A DNA stretch of 64,000 nt from Candidatus Eiseniibacteriota bacterium (GTDB lineage: Bacteria; Eisenbacteria; RBG-16-71-46; CAVPCR01): contig CAWGMA010000001.1 in assembly GCA_963823555.1 (NCBI GenBank), positions 1,472,001 to 1,536,000 on the forward strand, given 5' to 3'. Every line of letters starts with the position of its first letter. Position 1 is the stretch's first letter. Positions 28,520 through 38,311 of the stretch are shown here, piece by piece. A model generated the notes under the pieces. It had not been told where the DNA came from, ran no database searches, and worked only from the letters and a program-made list of their open reading frames with translations. A program made the translations under genes and the position numbers.

Positions 28520-29236
28520 ATGAGGGTATCCACGCTGTGCTCGCTCATGCTGGCCGCTGTCCTTGCGAGCCTGCCCGCAACGGAAGCGCTTGGCGGCAGT
28601 GCGCCGGGATGGTCCCTGTCTCGCCGGCCGCGCCACGCTCAGCCACGCCGGCCCACGGATCGCCAGAACTTCGTCCATCTGAAGCTCGGGACCTACGATC
28701 CCGAGGGTCCGGAGAATGGTGGCGCGTTCTTCGGCCTCGTGACCGGCGTCGAGTTCCAGAACCGGGTTACGGTGGGATTCGATCTTGATGTCTACCGGCG
28801 ATCCTACCGCCAGGAGACCCTCATCGCCGAGACCGTCGATCCCACCGGCAATGTCATCACGACGACCGCGACCAGCCTCAGAACAGCCTCGACGCTGGTC
28901 CCGCTCGGCATCTCGATCGGTCTGCGTTTGCCGGGAAGCCGTACGCTGACGCCCTACGTGGGAGCGGCCGCAGCCTACGAGGTCCTGGTCAACGAAGTTC
29001 GCAACTACGACCTGGGTGTCGAGGCCACGAATGTCTACGGCGGGCCGGGATGGAAGGTCTATGGCGGTTTGCTCTGCCCCATCACCCGCGAGGTTCGGGT
29101 CATGGGTGAGCTTGCCTACAACGACGCTCTGGTTCGCCGCAACATCGATCGCTACGCGCTCGGATTGCCGGTGGGAGAGCGGATCGATGTGAGCGGGCTC
29201 GGTGCACGCGTCGGTGTCGAGTTCCATTTCGATTGA
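28520..29236 (+). CDS. Outer-membrane beta-barrel (OmpW/OmpA-barrel-like)
   Basis: Signal peptide, PYVGA motif, C-terminal GVEFHF; AAGGAGG RBS. Confidence 0.78.
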   Translation: MRVSTLCSLMLAAVLASLPATEALGGSAPGWSLSRRPRHAQPRRPTDRQNFVHLKLGTYDPEGPENGGAFFGLVTGVEFQNRVTVGFDLDVYRRSYRQETLIAETVDPTGNVITTTATSLRTASTLVPLGISIGLRLPGSRTLTPYVGAAAAYEVLVNEVRNYDLGVEATNVYGGPGWKVYGGLLCPITREVRVMGELAYNDALVRRNIDRYALGLPVGERIDVSGLGARVGVEFHFD

Positions 29237-29279
29237 CGGCGTCCGAACGGCAGTCGAGCATACGGCGCATCCTCGGTCA

Positions 29280-29308
29280 TTGACACCTCCGGCGCGCTTA
29301 CGTAACCT
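29280..29308 (+). promoter_or_regulatory. Sigma70 promoter
   Basis: TTGACA-N17-TAACCT. Confidence 0.6.
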
Positions 29309-29388
29309 GCGGCGCGCCGGGCGGGTCCTTCGTCGGCCGCACAGCGGTCACCCAGCCCGGATGGACTCGTGCTGAGGAGGGCTGACCG

Positions 29389-30777
29389 ATGCTGTCCAGC
29401 CGTTCCGCGTCGCTCATCGGTGGCGCGCCTGCATCTTCGCGGAGCCACGGCCGCGGGTACCTGGGATGGGCGGTGATCCTGGCCCTGGCGCTCGCCGCGG
29501 GCGCTGCCAGCGCGGACGAGGACGGCACGGGTTCCGAACGGGAGCTCAAGCCCATCGGCCAGGTGCGCGTGCGCCCCGAGTTCCGGGACAACGCCAACTT
29601 CGACAGCGACCTTTCCGATCGTCAGAAGTTCTTCGGGCAGCGCACCCGGCTCGGACTCGATGCCAAGCTGAACCCGAAGCTGGGAGGACGTATCCTGGTC
29701 CAGGACACTCGTTACTGGGGTGTCGATGAAGGTCCGAACACGGCCTCGACCGGGACCGAGCGCCAGGCCACCGATCTCTTCGAGGGCTACATCGATGTGC
29801 GCTGGATCTGGGATCTCCCCCTCGATTTCCGCCTCGGACGACAAACGCTCAGCTTCGGGCGTGAGCGACTGATCGGGGAGCTCGACTGGTCGAACTCGGC
29901 CCGCACGTTCGATTCCTACAAGCTCCGGTTCACCATGGGCGCCTTCGTCCTCGACGTGTTCTCGGCCAAGCTGGTCGACACCAACACCCCCCGCCCGGAT
30001 ACGACCCAGTTCTATTCAGATCAGGACCGCAACTTCTCCGCGCTCTACATCACCCGAGAAGGGGAACGGGTCGAGCGCGCGGACGTCTACTGGCTACGGG
30101 ACATCGACAAGACCCGCCCGACGACACCCGGTGAGATCAAGCGCCATACGATCGGGGGCATGGCTCGTGTCCGCCTTCCAGCCCACTTCGCGGTCGAGGG
30201 CGAATATGCCTATCAGACGGGCACTGCCGGCAGCGCGTTCGATATCGCGGCCCAGATGCTCACGGCCGAGCTGCACTATTCGCGGCGGGATCTCCGCGAA
30301 CTCAAGATCGTCGGTGGCTTCGACTGGGCCACGGGAGACAGCGATCCCACCGATGACAAGCTCAAGACGTTCAATCAACTCTTCCCCACCGGACACAAGT
30401 TCCTGGGACTGATCGACTACGTGGGACGCCAGAACATCCGCGACTATCGCGCCCAGCTGGAGGGCCAGCTCGTCGGCGCGATCGATGGCCAGATCCAGTA
30501 CCACTGGTTTCAGCTCGATCAACCCGAAGACGCCTGGTACAACGCCGCCGGCGGCATCAATCAGGCGGGGGTGCGGGGGTTCGCCCCCAATCGGGCAAGG
30601 ACCGCGCGCAACCTCGGCAGCGAAATCGATGTGGTCTTCCGTTTCGGTGGCATCATCGACCAGCTGGGACTGGACGCCGGCTACTCGCACTTCTTTCCCG
30701 GCGACGTGGTGGGCTCGGATGGCGGCCCTGAAGATGGCTCCGACTGGGCCTACTTGCAGTTCAGTATCGACATCTAG
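29389..30777 (+). CDS. Alginate-export (AlgE-like) family porin
   Basis: QRTRL, LGRQ.L.FGRERLIG..DWSN..RTFD, EYAYQTG, ATGD, FNQLFPTGHKFLG, WAYLQ C-terminus. Confidence 0.85.
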   Translation: MLSSRSASLIGGAPASSRSHGRGYLGWAVILALALAAGAASADEDGTGSERELKPIGQVRVRPEFRDNANFDSDLSDRQKFFGQRTRLGLDAKLNPKLGGRILVQDTRYWGVDEGPNTASTGTERQATDLFEGYIDVRWIWDLPLDFRLGRQTLSFGRERLIGELDWSNSARTFDSYKLRFTMGAFVLDVFSAKLVDTNTPRPDTTQFYSDQDRNFSALYITREGERVERADVYWLRDIDKTRPTTPGEIKRHTIGGMARVRLPAHFAVEGEYAYQTGTAGSAFDIAAQMLTAELHYSRRDLRELKIVGGFDWATGDSDPTDDKLKTFNQLFPTGHKFLGLIDYVGRQNIRDYRAQLEGQLVGAIDGQIQYHWFQLDQPEDAWYNAAGGINQAGVRGFAPNRARTARNLGSEIDVVFRFGGIIDQLGLDAGYSHFFPGDVVGSDGGPEDGSDWAYLQFSIDI

Positions 30778-30792
30778 ACGGTCGCACAGCAC

Positions 30793-33645
30793 TCACGGTG
30801 CTTGGCCTGCGGTTGATGCGGGACTCACCATCAGGTTGTCGAAGTGCACATGACCCTGGAGCGCGATGAGCCCGATGCGACCGGAACCCGGCTCGTCGAC
30901 GGGCACCGTGGCGCTCAGCACCTTGCGGTCGTCGATCCAGGCGCTGATGAGCTCGCCGCGTGCGGTGATCCGTAAGGCGTGAGTGGCGAGCCCGGGGCGC
31001 ACGTAGGGGAAGTAAGCCGTCTCGATCGGCACGATCTGATCGCCCGCGATGCGGGCGATCACCGCCTCATGGTGCTGAGTCCCCGTCAGAAGCAGGGCCA
31101 CGCCGTTTCCCCGGCTGTCCCCCCGGATCAGAAGCCCGCCAGCGAACGGTGTGCTCCCGTAGCCCTCGATCTTCACTGCGACGTCGAGATCGGTGAACTC
31201 GCTGTCCCCCAGAAGCGTTTGCGCGCGCCGCGTGGCGTCCGGCGAGCATCCAAAGCCGTACTCGCCCTCATGAATGGTCCACGTTCCGGAGAGGACCACG
31301 AAGTCCTCCGTGTCTGCTGGGTCGGCGAAGCTGAAGTTGATCGAACCCCTGTCAGCTGCCCCCGTGACGGGCTGAGAAGGCGGTCCCTCGTTCCCGTTCA
31401 CGTCGGCTGCGGCCACCGCATAGCTCCAGGTCTCACCGGGGTCCACGGCGAGATCGCGATAGTGCGTTTGCTCGAACACTTGAGCCACGGCCTGGATCGC
31501 CGCCGTGTTCTGGAAGCTGGGATCCGGACCGCGATAGATGTGGTAGCTCGCAACATGCTGATTGTCGGTAGCGGGTTCCCAGGAGACTCCGAGCCCGACG
31601 GTCACCGGCTTGACCTCGACGCCGGTCACGATCTGCGGCGGACGCTGATCGAAGTAGACGCTCGAGGTCTTGAGTCCAAGGTCGAGCCCCTGGGCGATCC
31701 AGTCCGGCATGGAACCGCGCACGAAGAGAAAGGCCCGGATACCGTGACGAACGATGGCATCTGTTCGTAGCCGCCCGTTCTGCGTGGTTCCGAGGTGAGT
31801 GACCGAGAACCCTTCGATCGTGTCCGCGCTCAGCATCTCGACCGCATAGTCCCCGGCGTAGCCGAGGGCGGGAAAATCGACCCAGATCGCGGTCGAATCC
31901 TGATCCGCGAGGGAGAGGTTCGCCGTGACCAGCAGTGCCGCGTCGTCGCTCATGCGATACACCACGGACCAGAAATCGAGGTTGGATGAAGCGGAGACCG
32001 CGGTGATTCCAGTCGTTCGCACCTCCACCTGCGGGCCGGGTGGAACGAGGCGCATCACCTGCCAGAGGGGGAGCGCATGGCGCGCTGCGTAGGCCGAGCG
32101 ACCCTCGTTGAACCCCAGGGCCACGAGCGGGACGGAGCCGGTCGCCGCGGCGATGGCCATGGCCCGAGCGGTCTGCATCTGCACGGTCGTGGCCAGGGGG
32201 CACGGCGTCGCGTAGCTGGAGCCCCCGAGGTAGGCGTTGGCCAGCGTCGAGCGGGCGGCGCGCCAGTCAGCTCGCTCCTCGCCGAAGCTGACCCCATCCG
32301 CGAGAAGACCGAAGGTCAGGTCCGGTACTTCGAGCCCGGAGTGCGTGATCAGGATGCCGCTCGGCCCCAACCCCCGGCGGACCCCTTGCATCCAGGCGAA
32401 GCTCTCGCGCCCCGGGAAATCCGTGGGTCGCGCCGCGAGCGCTGCGTAGTGAGCGGACGCCTGCTCGATGAACAGGCCGTCCAGGCCGCTATCCCGCGCC
32501 CAGAGCCCCACGGCTTCTCCATCTCCTCCCGGCAGCACCGTGGCCAGGCAGCGCATGCCGGCGGCATGCACCTCGTCGATCGTGCGCCGGAACTCAGGCT
32601 CGTCGAGCGGGACGTTGCCGATCCGCCCGCCCTGAGCGCGCCAGCCGCCCCCGAGGACGAGGCCCGTCGCCCCGGCTCGCGCCATGGCCGTGATCGCGCT
32701 CGAGGACGGAAAGACCATGCCGTCGCCCTGTTCCTCGATCCAGTGGGCAAGGCGATGACCGGTGAGACGCGAGCGCAGCGGATGGACTCCGAGAAGAAAC
32801 CCCCATTTCATCTCGTAGGTGTAGGGCGCCACGAGCTCGAAGGGTCCCTCCTGTTCGGGAAGGATCCAGGTCGCGAAGTTCTTGCCGTCTCGTACGGCCG
32901 ACACCGCCTGAACCTCCGAACCCTTGAGAGAGTGCGGGCTTTCGGCGATGACCTGGAGCTGATTCGAGAGGCTGCCGGCGGTACCGAGGGCAAGCCCGAC
33001 GTTGGGGCAGAACGGTGTGGTGAAAACGGGCTGCGGCTCGAGCATGCCCGAGCCGCGATCGCGATTGCGCTGCCAGTGCCAGAAAGAAAGGGTGTAGGTG
33101 CCGGTGTCGACCTGCATCCCCAGAGATGCCTTGGTCACGGTGATCGGCTTGGATTTCTCGGGCAGGTTGAGGGCCAGGTCGAGGAAGACAGCACCCGCGC
33201 TGTGGATCGTATAGGTCGTGCGCAGCGCGAGCGGGGTTTCCTTTCCCGCCTCGGTGGCGAGCCGGGTGTCGCAAGCGACGACAACCCGCTCCGGTGTCTG
33301 CTCCTCGATCCGGATGCTGCCGGCGCTGAAGGGGCCCAGAGGACCATCCGGGGTGTAGACCAGGATCCCCGGCACCGAGTTGCGGCGAATGCCGGCCGCG
33401 ACCAGTTCGTGCCACTCGATCCCATCGAAGAGACGAATCGAGGTCAGGTCTCCCCCGGCGGCCCGCGACCAGCTGAGAGCGAAGTGGGAGCCGGTCACGG
33501 CCACGCTGTCGGCGGACGTGACCACCACGAGCGCCGCAGGTTCGAGTTCGGAGGCCAATCCATCGGCCAGCGGCAGCATCGTCCCGGAAGCCAGCGCGCC
33601 GGCCAGGGCAAGCACTACGGGAAGTGGAAGGGTGGCGTGTTTCAC
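30793..33645 (-). CDS. Large secreted multidomain protein: beta-sandwich, putative glycoside-hydrolase-like TIM barrel, FN3, LamG/DUF1080-like domain
   Basis: Signal peptide; EFRRTIDEVHAAGM and LDGLFIE (GH-like barrel); SWEPATDN..Y.IYR..Y.V.A.D..GNE (FN3); GRIGL....HFDNL. Confidence 0.6.
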   Translation of the reverse strand: MKHATLPLPVVLALAGALASGTMLPLADGLASELEPAALVVVTSADSVAVTGSHFALSWSRAAGGDLTSIRLFDGIEWHELVAAGIRRNSVPGILVYTPDGPLGPFSAGSIRIEEQTPERVVVACDTRLATEAGKETPLALRTTYTIHSAGAVFLDLALNLPEKSKPITVTKASLGMQVDTGTYTLSFWHWQRNRDRGSGMLEPQPVFTTPFCPNVGLALGTAGSLSNQLQVIAESPHSLKGSEVQAVSAVRDGKNFATWILPEQEGPFELVAPYTYEMKWGFLLGVHPLRSRLTGHRLAHWIEEQGDGMVFPSSSAITAMARAGATGLVLGGGWRAQGGRIGNVPLDEPEFRRTIDEVHAAGMRCLATVLPGGDGEAVGLWARDSGLDGLFIEQASAHYAALAARPTDFPGRESFAWMQGVRRGLGPSGILITHSGLEVPDLTFGLLADGVSFGEERADWRAARSTLANAYLGGSSYATPCPLATTVQMQTARAMAIAAATGSVPLVALGFNEGRSAYAARHALPLWQVMRLVPPGPQVEVRTTGITAVSASSNLDFWSVVYRMSDDAALLVTANLSLADQDSTAIWVDFPALGYAGDYAVEMLSADTIEGFSVTHLGTTQNGRLRTDAIVRHGIRAFLFVRGSMPDWIAQGLDLGLKTSSVYFDQRPPQIVTGVEVKPVTVGLGVSWEPATDNQHVASYHIYRGPDPSFQNTAAIQAVAQVFEQTHYRDLAVDPGETWSYAVAAADVNGNEGPPSQPVTGAADRGSINFSFADPADTEDFVVLSGTWTIHEGEYGFGCSPDATRRAQTLLGDSEFTDLDVAVKIEGYGSTPFAGGLLIRGDSRGNGVALLLTGTQHHEAVIARIAGDQIVPIETAYFPYVRPGLATHALRITARGELISAWIDDRKVLSATVPVDEPGSGRIGLIALQGHVHFDNLMVSPASTAGQAP

Positions 33646-33791
33646 GGTCTATCTCAGCTGGAGGAGGGGTGAACTATGCGCCGCGTGACTGAAGCAACGG
33701 AATCCGACCGGGGGAATGGGGGTCGCCTGGAGCCCGGCCCGTCCTGCCAAAAGTATGCACTGGAAGAAGGTAGCCAGCGCGCAAGAGACTG

Positions 33792-34676
33792 TCAACGATC
33801 TAGCCTGCCCGGTTCCGCGTCGAGGTCGATGAGGACCCGGTCGCGCCGCCGCGCCGCCTCGGCGGTGACGATGGGGGGCAGCTCACTCAACTTGACCACC
33901 TGCCCCGGGAAGCGATCCCGGAAGACGTCCTCCAGCGCGTTCGCCATCTCCTCCCCCGAGACCACCCGGCCCGCTGCGGTGCTGACGTCGATCGTCTCGT
34001 TCGCCAGCCGTTGCCGGAGAGCGTCTCGATCCCCGCTCAGGCGCAGGAAGCGCACGAGTTCCGCTTGCTCCGGACCGAGGAGCAGCGATCCATGCTGCAG
34101 GAAGGCGCGGGTGAGTCGCCGCTGGGCGCTGCCGCAGATCTTCCGTCCGGCATGGACGAGTTCGTGGCCGTAAGCGACGGCGAAACAGGCGGCGAGGAGT
34201 CGCTCCGGTCCCGAGGAGCCCGGCGTCGCGGTCCCGGAGCGCCGCGGCGCGAAGGCCGTCTCGACGCCCAGGCGCGAGAGCGCCGCCATGATCAGCTCGG
34301 AGACGCGGCGATAGGTGTCATGGAGATTCGCCCCCCACCTCCCATCCGGGACCCCGCCGACCAGCGAATAGGTGAGCTCGTTGGCATGATAGACCGCCTT
34401 ACCGCCCGTCGAGCGGCGCACCACGGGCACGACGGCGCGGCGCAGGGCTGCCAGATCGAGCTCGTCATGGGGCGACTGCAAGCGCCCGATCGAGACCGCG
34501 GAGGGGGCCCAGCCGAAGAGCCGCACCCACGTGCCAGCCACGGCGCCGGATTGCCGCAGCTGGAGCAACGCGTCGTCGAGGGCCATGTTCCAGGCCGGAT
34601 CGCGGGGCCCATCCTGAACGAGGTGAATGTCGTGATCGGGCGCCGGTGGGACGCCCGCGGCGTCGAGTGGACTCAT
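33792..34676 (-). CDS. Lipoate-protein ligase A family / LipM-like octanoyltransferase
   Basis: WNMALDDAL, SIGRLQ, VVRRSTGGKAVYH, ACF, KICGSAQRR, LQHGS; single catalytic domain. Confidence 0.88.
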   Translation of the reverse strand: MSPLDAAGVPPAPDHDIHLVQDGPRDPAWNMALDDALLQLRQSGAVAGTWVRLFGWAPSAVSIGRLQSPHDELDLAALRRAVVPVVRRSTGGKAVYHANELTYSLVGGVPDGRWGANLHDTYRRVSELIMAALSRLGVETAFAPRRSGTATPGSSGPERLLAACFAVAYGHELVHAGRKICGSAQRRLTRAFLQHGSLLLGPEQAELVRFLRLSGDRDALRQRLANETIDVSTAAGRVVSGEEMANALEDVFRDRFPGQVVKLSELPPIVTAEAARRRDRVLIDLDAEPGRLDR

Positions 34677-34700
34677 GACCGGCAAGGCTAGCAGATGGGA

Positions 34701-35471
34701 CTATTGCGACCCGGAGGTCCCGCGCCGGCCCCGCATCCGCATCTCGAGCAAGCTGGCCACGATGATCGCGGCGATGAACAGGGCCATGCAGATCTGCGCG
34801 ATACCGGGGGCCGCCGCCGGCCAGTCGATGAACAGGAGGTCCATGCGACCGATGAGGAGCGAGTAGCGCGCCATCACGGTGAAGCCGTAGGACGCACCGA
34901 AGGAGATCATCAGGAACCAGATGCCGAGCCGCGCCACTCCCCCGAGGGCTCCCCGGTGTTCCCTTGAGAAGAAGAAATAGGCCAGCGAAGCGATGACACC
35001 GATCACGAGCACGAGGTTGTTGATGACGCTCGGTCCCGCGATGTTCTCCGCGTTCCAGAACGGGGTCCCGGGCCGTGGCACTGCGGAGATCATGGTGGCC
35101 TCGACCTGGGGCACGAAATCCCCCTGCGCCGCCCCGATCACGGCGAGCCCGGCAAAGGCGCCGACCATCACCGCCAGGGACCAGCGCGAGAGCCAGGCGT
35201 ACCGGGGCAGGAAACGGCTGAACATGAGCAGCCCGATGGCGAACGGAATGAGCAGGATGAGACGCGGCGGGGCCCCCTCGGCGCCGACCAGCGGCCGCCA
35301 CAGGTTGGGCAGGAAGACATTGTTCCACTCGAGCCCCACGTAGTAGCCGGCGGCCACGCCGATGAACAGGTGCTCGGCGAACTTGTAGATAGGGTTGTCC
35401 TTGAAGAGAAAGCTCAGGATGGCCAGTGTGAACAGGCCGTTCATCGTGAGCAGGAAGGCTTCAGGCAGCAT
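34701..35471 (-). CDS. Polytopic membrane protein, uncharacterised (GlmL-associated cluster)
   Basis: About 6-7 TM helices; TLAILSFLFKDNPIYKFAEHLFIGVAAGY; MISFGASYGFTVMARYSLLIGR. Confidence 0.8.
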   Translation of the reverse strand: MLPEAFLLTMNGLFTLAILSFLFKDNPIYKFAEHLFIGVAAGYYVGLEWNNVFLPNLWRPLVGAEGAPPRLILLIPFAIGLLMFSRFLPRYAWLSRWSLAVMVGAFAGLAVIGAAQGDFVPQVEATMISAVPRPGTPFWNAENIAGPSVINNLVLVIGVIASLAYFFFSREHRGALGGVARLGIWFLMISFGASYGFTVMARYSLLIGRMDLLFIDWPAAAPGIAQICMALFIAAIIVASLLEMRMRGRRGTSGSQ

Positions 35472-35477
35472 GGCGAA

Positions 35478-36320
35478 TCACCTCACCTTCCTCCCGGCGG
35501 CCACGAACAGCAGGTTGCCTAGGACAATGAAGAAGATGATGACCACGTGGGCCAGCGATTGCCCATCCATGCCGCGAGTGGCGGTGCCCATGACGCCGAT
35601 CAATTCCTCGAACTCGGCCGCTCCGGCGAGACCGCCGAGCAGGCCGTCGAGCTGGCCGGCATTGACGTAGGCGTAGTACTCGGGGGCGCTCACCGCGGTG
35701 CATCCCGAGACGATCGGGATCATCTCTTCACCGGCATTCTGGAAGCGCTGTCCCACCTGCTGCACCCATTCCTTGGTCCCGGGGTAGCCCGCCGAGATAC
35801 TCACCAGCAGATAGACGCTCGAGAAGTTCTGGACGTCCGCCATGATGGGCAGCTGGGATACGGGGCGTCCGTCGTAGTCGGTGGGAAAGGCCTCACGCAC
35901 CGCGGTCCCGACCCGCACCATCACCGCCTCCCGGCCCTCCTTGAAGCCCAGGTTCACGTAGTCGACGCCGTATTCCTTTGCATAGCGCGGGGCCACATCG
36001 CCAAAGGCTCGAGCCAGGAGCGGCGGCCCAGCCGGCCACAGGCAGAATCCAACCACCTTCACGTTGCGCCGGAAGCAGAGGTCGAGGACCGCCATCGTCA
36101 TCGGCTGCAACTCCGGCATCGACCCCGGATCGTAGTCCGCGGCGAGGAAGATGGTCCCGCCTTCCGGCACCCGCTCGACGGCCTGGAAGAAGGATCGCGC
36201 CTCGCGCGACACGCGGATCGGCAGACCCAGGGGGCGGACGTATGGCACGATGATCACGAGCAAGACCACGAGGAAGATGAACCGGCGGTCGAGATGCATG
36301 AGGCGGTGGGCCAGGCTCAT
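35478..36320 (-). CDS. Membrane-anchored alpha/beta protein, uncharacterised (GlmL-associated cluster)
   Basis: N- and C-terminal TM helices around a soluble domain (YGVDYVNLGF, GLLGGLAGAAEFE). Confidence 0.8.
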   Translation of the reverse strand: MSLAHRLMHLDRRFIFLVVLLVIIVPYVRPLGLPIRVSREARSFFQAVERVPEGGTIFLAADYDPGSMPELQPMTMAVLDLCFRRNVKVVGFCLWPAGPPLLARAFGDVAPRYAKEYGVDYVNLGFKEGREAVMVRVGTAVREAFPTDYDGRPVSQLPIMADVQNFSSVYLLVSISAGYPGTKEWVQQVGQRFQNAGEEMIPIVSGCTAVSAPEYYAYVNAGQLDGLLGGLAGAAEFEELIGVMGTATRGMDGQSLAHVVIIFFIVLGNLLFVAAGRKVR

Positions 36321-36324
36321 CAAG

Positions 36325-36972
36325 TCACTCGCCCCCCAGGTAGTTGCGCTCGAGACCGAGGATGACCTTGAGCCCGGTGGCGATGGCGCCGAGCGCGGCG
36401 CCGATCAAGATCGCTCGCTTGGCCGCGTTGTTCGGGATCCCCATGATCCAGTCCGAGATGTTGGGCAGCTGATCCCAGATGGCGGCGCCAATCGGCACCC
36501 GGCCCAGCATGACCAGGACCGCAGCGATGGCGAGCAGACCGGCCTCGAACGAGCGGACACGAAACGCCCGGAACGCGGCCGAGGCGATGAAGAAGGCGAG
36601 GAGGGCGAACATCGTGCCTTGCATCGGCACATAGACGTGGAGATAGAAATCGTTGAACAGCGTTCCTTCGGCAATGCCGAACAACGGAGCGCGGCCCACG
36701 CTGCCCCCGACCCCGAGCACCACCATGACGGCGAAACCGATCAGGAGCGGGATGTGATAGAACCAGTCGTGCTCGCGGCGCGTGATACGCAGGTAGCTCA
36801 AGCGGGCGATGTTGGCCACACCGAGAACGGCGGCGAAGGCGAGGATGATGATGGCCCAGGACTCGAGCTCGGTACGTCCCGCCGTGAAGTGGCGCTGCGG
36901 GACAAAGAGTCCGATGACCATGAACAGGCCGACGATGAGCGTGATCGCCAGCGGCACCTCACGCCGGAGCAT
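36325..36972 (-). CDS. Polytopic membrane protein, uncharacterised (GlmL-associated cluster)
   Basis: About 6 TM helices; TMFALLAFFIASAAFRAFR; PNNAAKRAILIG; LGLERNYLG. Confidence 0.8.
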   Translation of the reverse strand: MLRREVPLAITLIVGLFMVIGLFVPQRHFTAGRTELESWAIIILAFAAVLGVANIARLSYLRITRREHDWFYHIPLLIGFAVMVVLGVGGSVGRAPLFGIAEGTLFNDFYLHVYVPMQGTMFALLAFFIASAAFRAFRVRSFEAGLLAIAAVLVMLGRVPIGAAIWDQLPNISDWIMGIPNNAAKRAILIGAALGAIATGLKVILGLERNYLGGE

Positions 36973-37005
36973 GGGTGTCCTCCTCCGCCGGCGCGCCGGC
37001 TCTGG

Positions 37006-38262
37006 CTACCGCAGCACGAACCATTGGCGGAACGCCTCCCACCCAGCACTCGCGGTCAAGACTCCCAGGAGGATCAAGGCGATCACGATGACCTTCATCC
37101 AATCGGTGCCCTTGAGCACGCCGATCAGCTTGGGCTCACGAGACAGATAGGCCGAAGCAGCGTAGAACTCCTCGCCGATCAGGGTGTAATCGCAGGCGAC
37201 GACGAAGAAAGGTAGCTGGTGGATGTTGGCCGTGCCCGCGATCTGCACGGCGCCGGTGGCGAAGCCGGTCTCGGCGAGGATCAGCGACTCGGCGAAGAAC
37301 GAGCCCAGGAACAGGTTCGCCGCCGGCTTCTCGCGCAGCATGATGCCGTCGACTCCGGCCGTGAAGGCGAACTGCTCTTCGGAGAGGTAGCGAATATTGT
37401 TCTTGTTGTAGGCGTCGGGGCGACCGGCATCCAGGTAGCCCTGCTTCACCGTCTCCTCGGCGAGGGGCACCACGAAGGCGCGGCAGACGGGCACGATGAG
37501 GGGTGTCTCGTAGCGCGCCACAGTCTTCGCCACGTTGCCGAGGATGATCATCGAGTAGATGGTCTGGATGTTGTTCGCGTCGTCGATTCCTGGAACGTAG
37601 AGCACCGCGCGGCCCATCTCGGTGGCGCGCCCGATCGCCTCCTCGATGGCGGTGAGGCCGGCGATCTTGCGGACGAAGGGTGCCTGCCCGCGGCGGGCAT
37701 GATCCTCGGTGAGCCGCGTGAAGACGAGCACGAGCGCGAAGAACAGGAGAATCAGCACCAGCAGATTCGAGCGATCGGTGTTGAAGTAACTCTGACGCGC
37801 CACACCGGATACGGCCGTGCTTGCGGTTTCCCCGAGTTCACCGCGGGCGGCGACCCGGTAGTAGTAGGCAACGCCGTTGCGCAACGGAGAACCGGGCCGG
37901 TCGGTATCGACGAAGACCGAGGTGCCGGCGTTCACGGTGTCGATGGCGGCAAAGGGCCCGTCCGGGCTCTCGCTTCGATAGATCACATAGCCCTGCGCCG
38001 CATCCCCCGGCACGCGCTTCCAGGTGATGTGCAGGGCTTGCCCCGCGTCGTTGCGCACGTCGCGAACGGACACGCTATCGGGAGCCGCCGGGATCCTCGG
38101 CGCCTCACGTTCCCCCGCGGCGGGGGTGAGGGTCGTGGGCGCACCGGCCGCGGCGGAGGAAGGGTCGGGACCGGGCTCGGCCTGGGCGATCGGCAAGAGG
38201 ATCACGAGCGCCAGGAGCGCCATGACCGCCCACACCGTGCTGCCGCCCCGCTTGCTCCTCAT
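37006..38262 (-). CDS. Fibronectin-III plus DUF6754-like membrane protein
   Basis: Signal peptide; FN3 (ITW..GYVIYRS..YYYRVAA); TM; RKIAGLTAIEEAIGRATEMG; ESLILAETG; LIGEEFYAASAYLS; C-terminal TM. Confidence 0.8.
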   Translation of the reverse strand: MRSKRGGSTVWAVMALLALVILLPIAQAEPGPDPSSAAAGAPTTLTPAAGEREAPRIPAAPDSVSVRDVRNDAGQALHITWKRVPGDAAQGYVIYRSESPDGPFAAIDTVNAGTSVFVDTDRPGSPLRNGVAYYYRVAARGELGETASTAVSGVARQSYFNTDRSNLLVLILLFFALVLVFTRLTEDHARRGQAPFVRKIAGLTAIEEAIGRATEMGRAVLYVPGIDDANNIQTIYSMIILGNVAKTVARYETPLIVPVCRAFVVPLAEETVKQGYLDAGRPDAYNKNNIRYLSEEQFAFTAGVDGIMLREKPAANLFLGSFFAESLILAETGFATGAVQIAGTANIHQLPFFVVACDYTLIGEEFYAASAYLSREPKLIGVLKGTDWMKVIVIALILLGVLTASAGWEAFRQWFVLR

Positions 38263-38311
38263 GTCATCTCCGGCCCTGCTTGCTCAACCGGCAGCTCCGC
38301 TGCCGCTTCAG

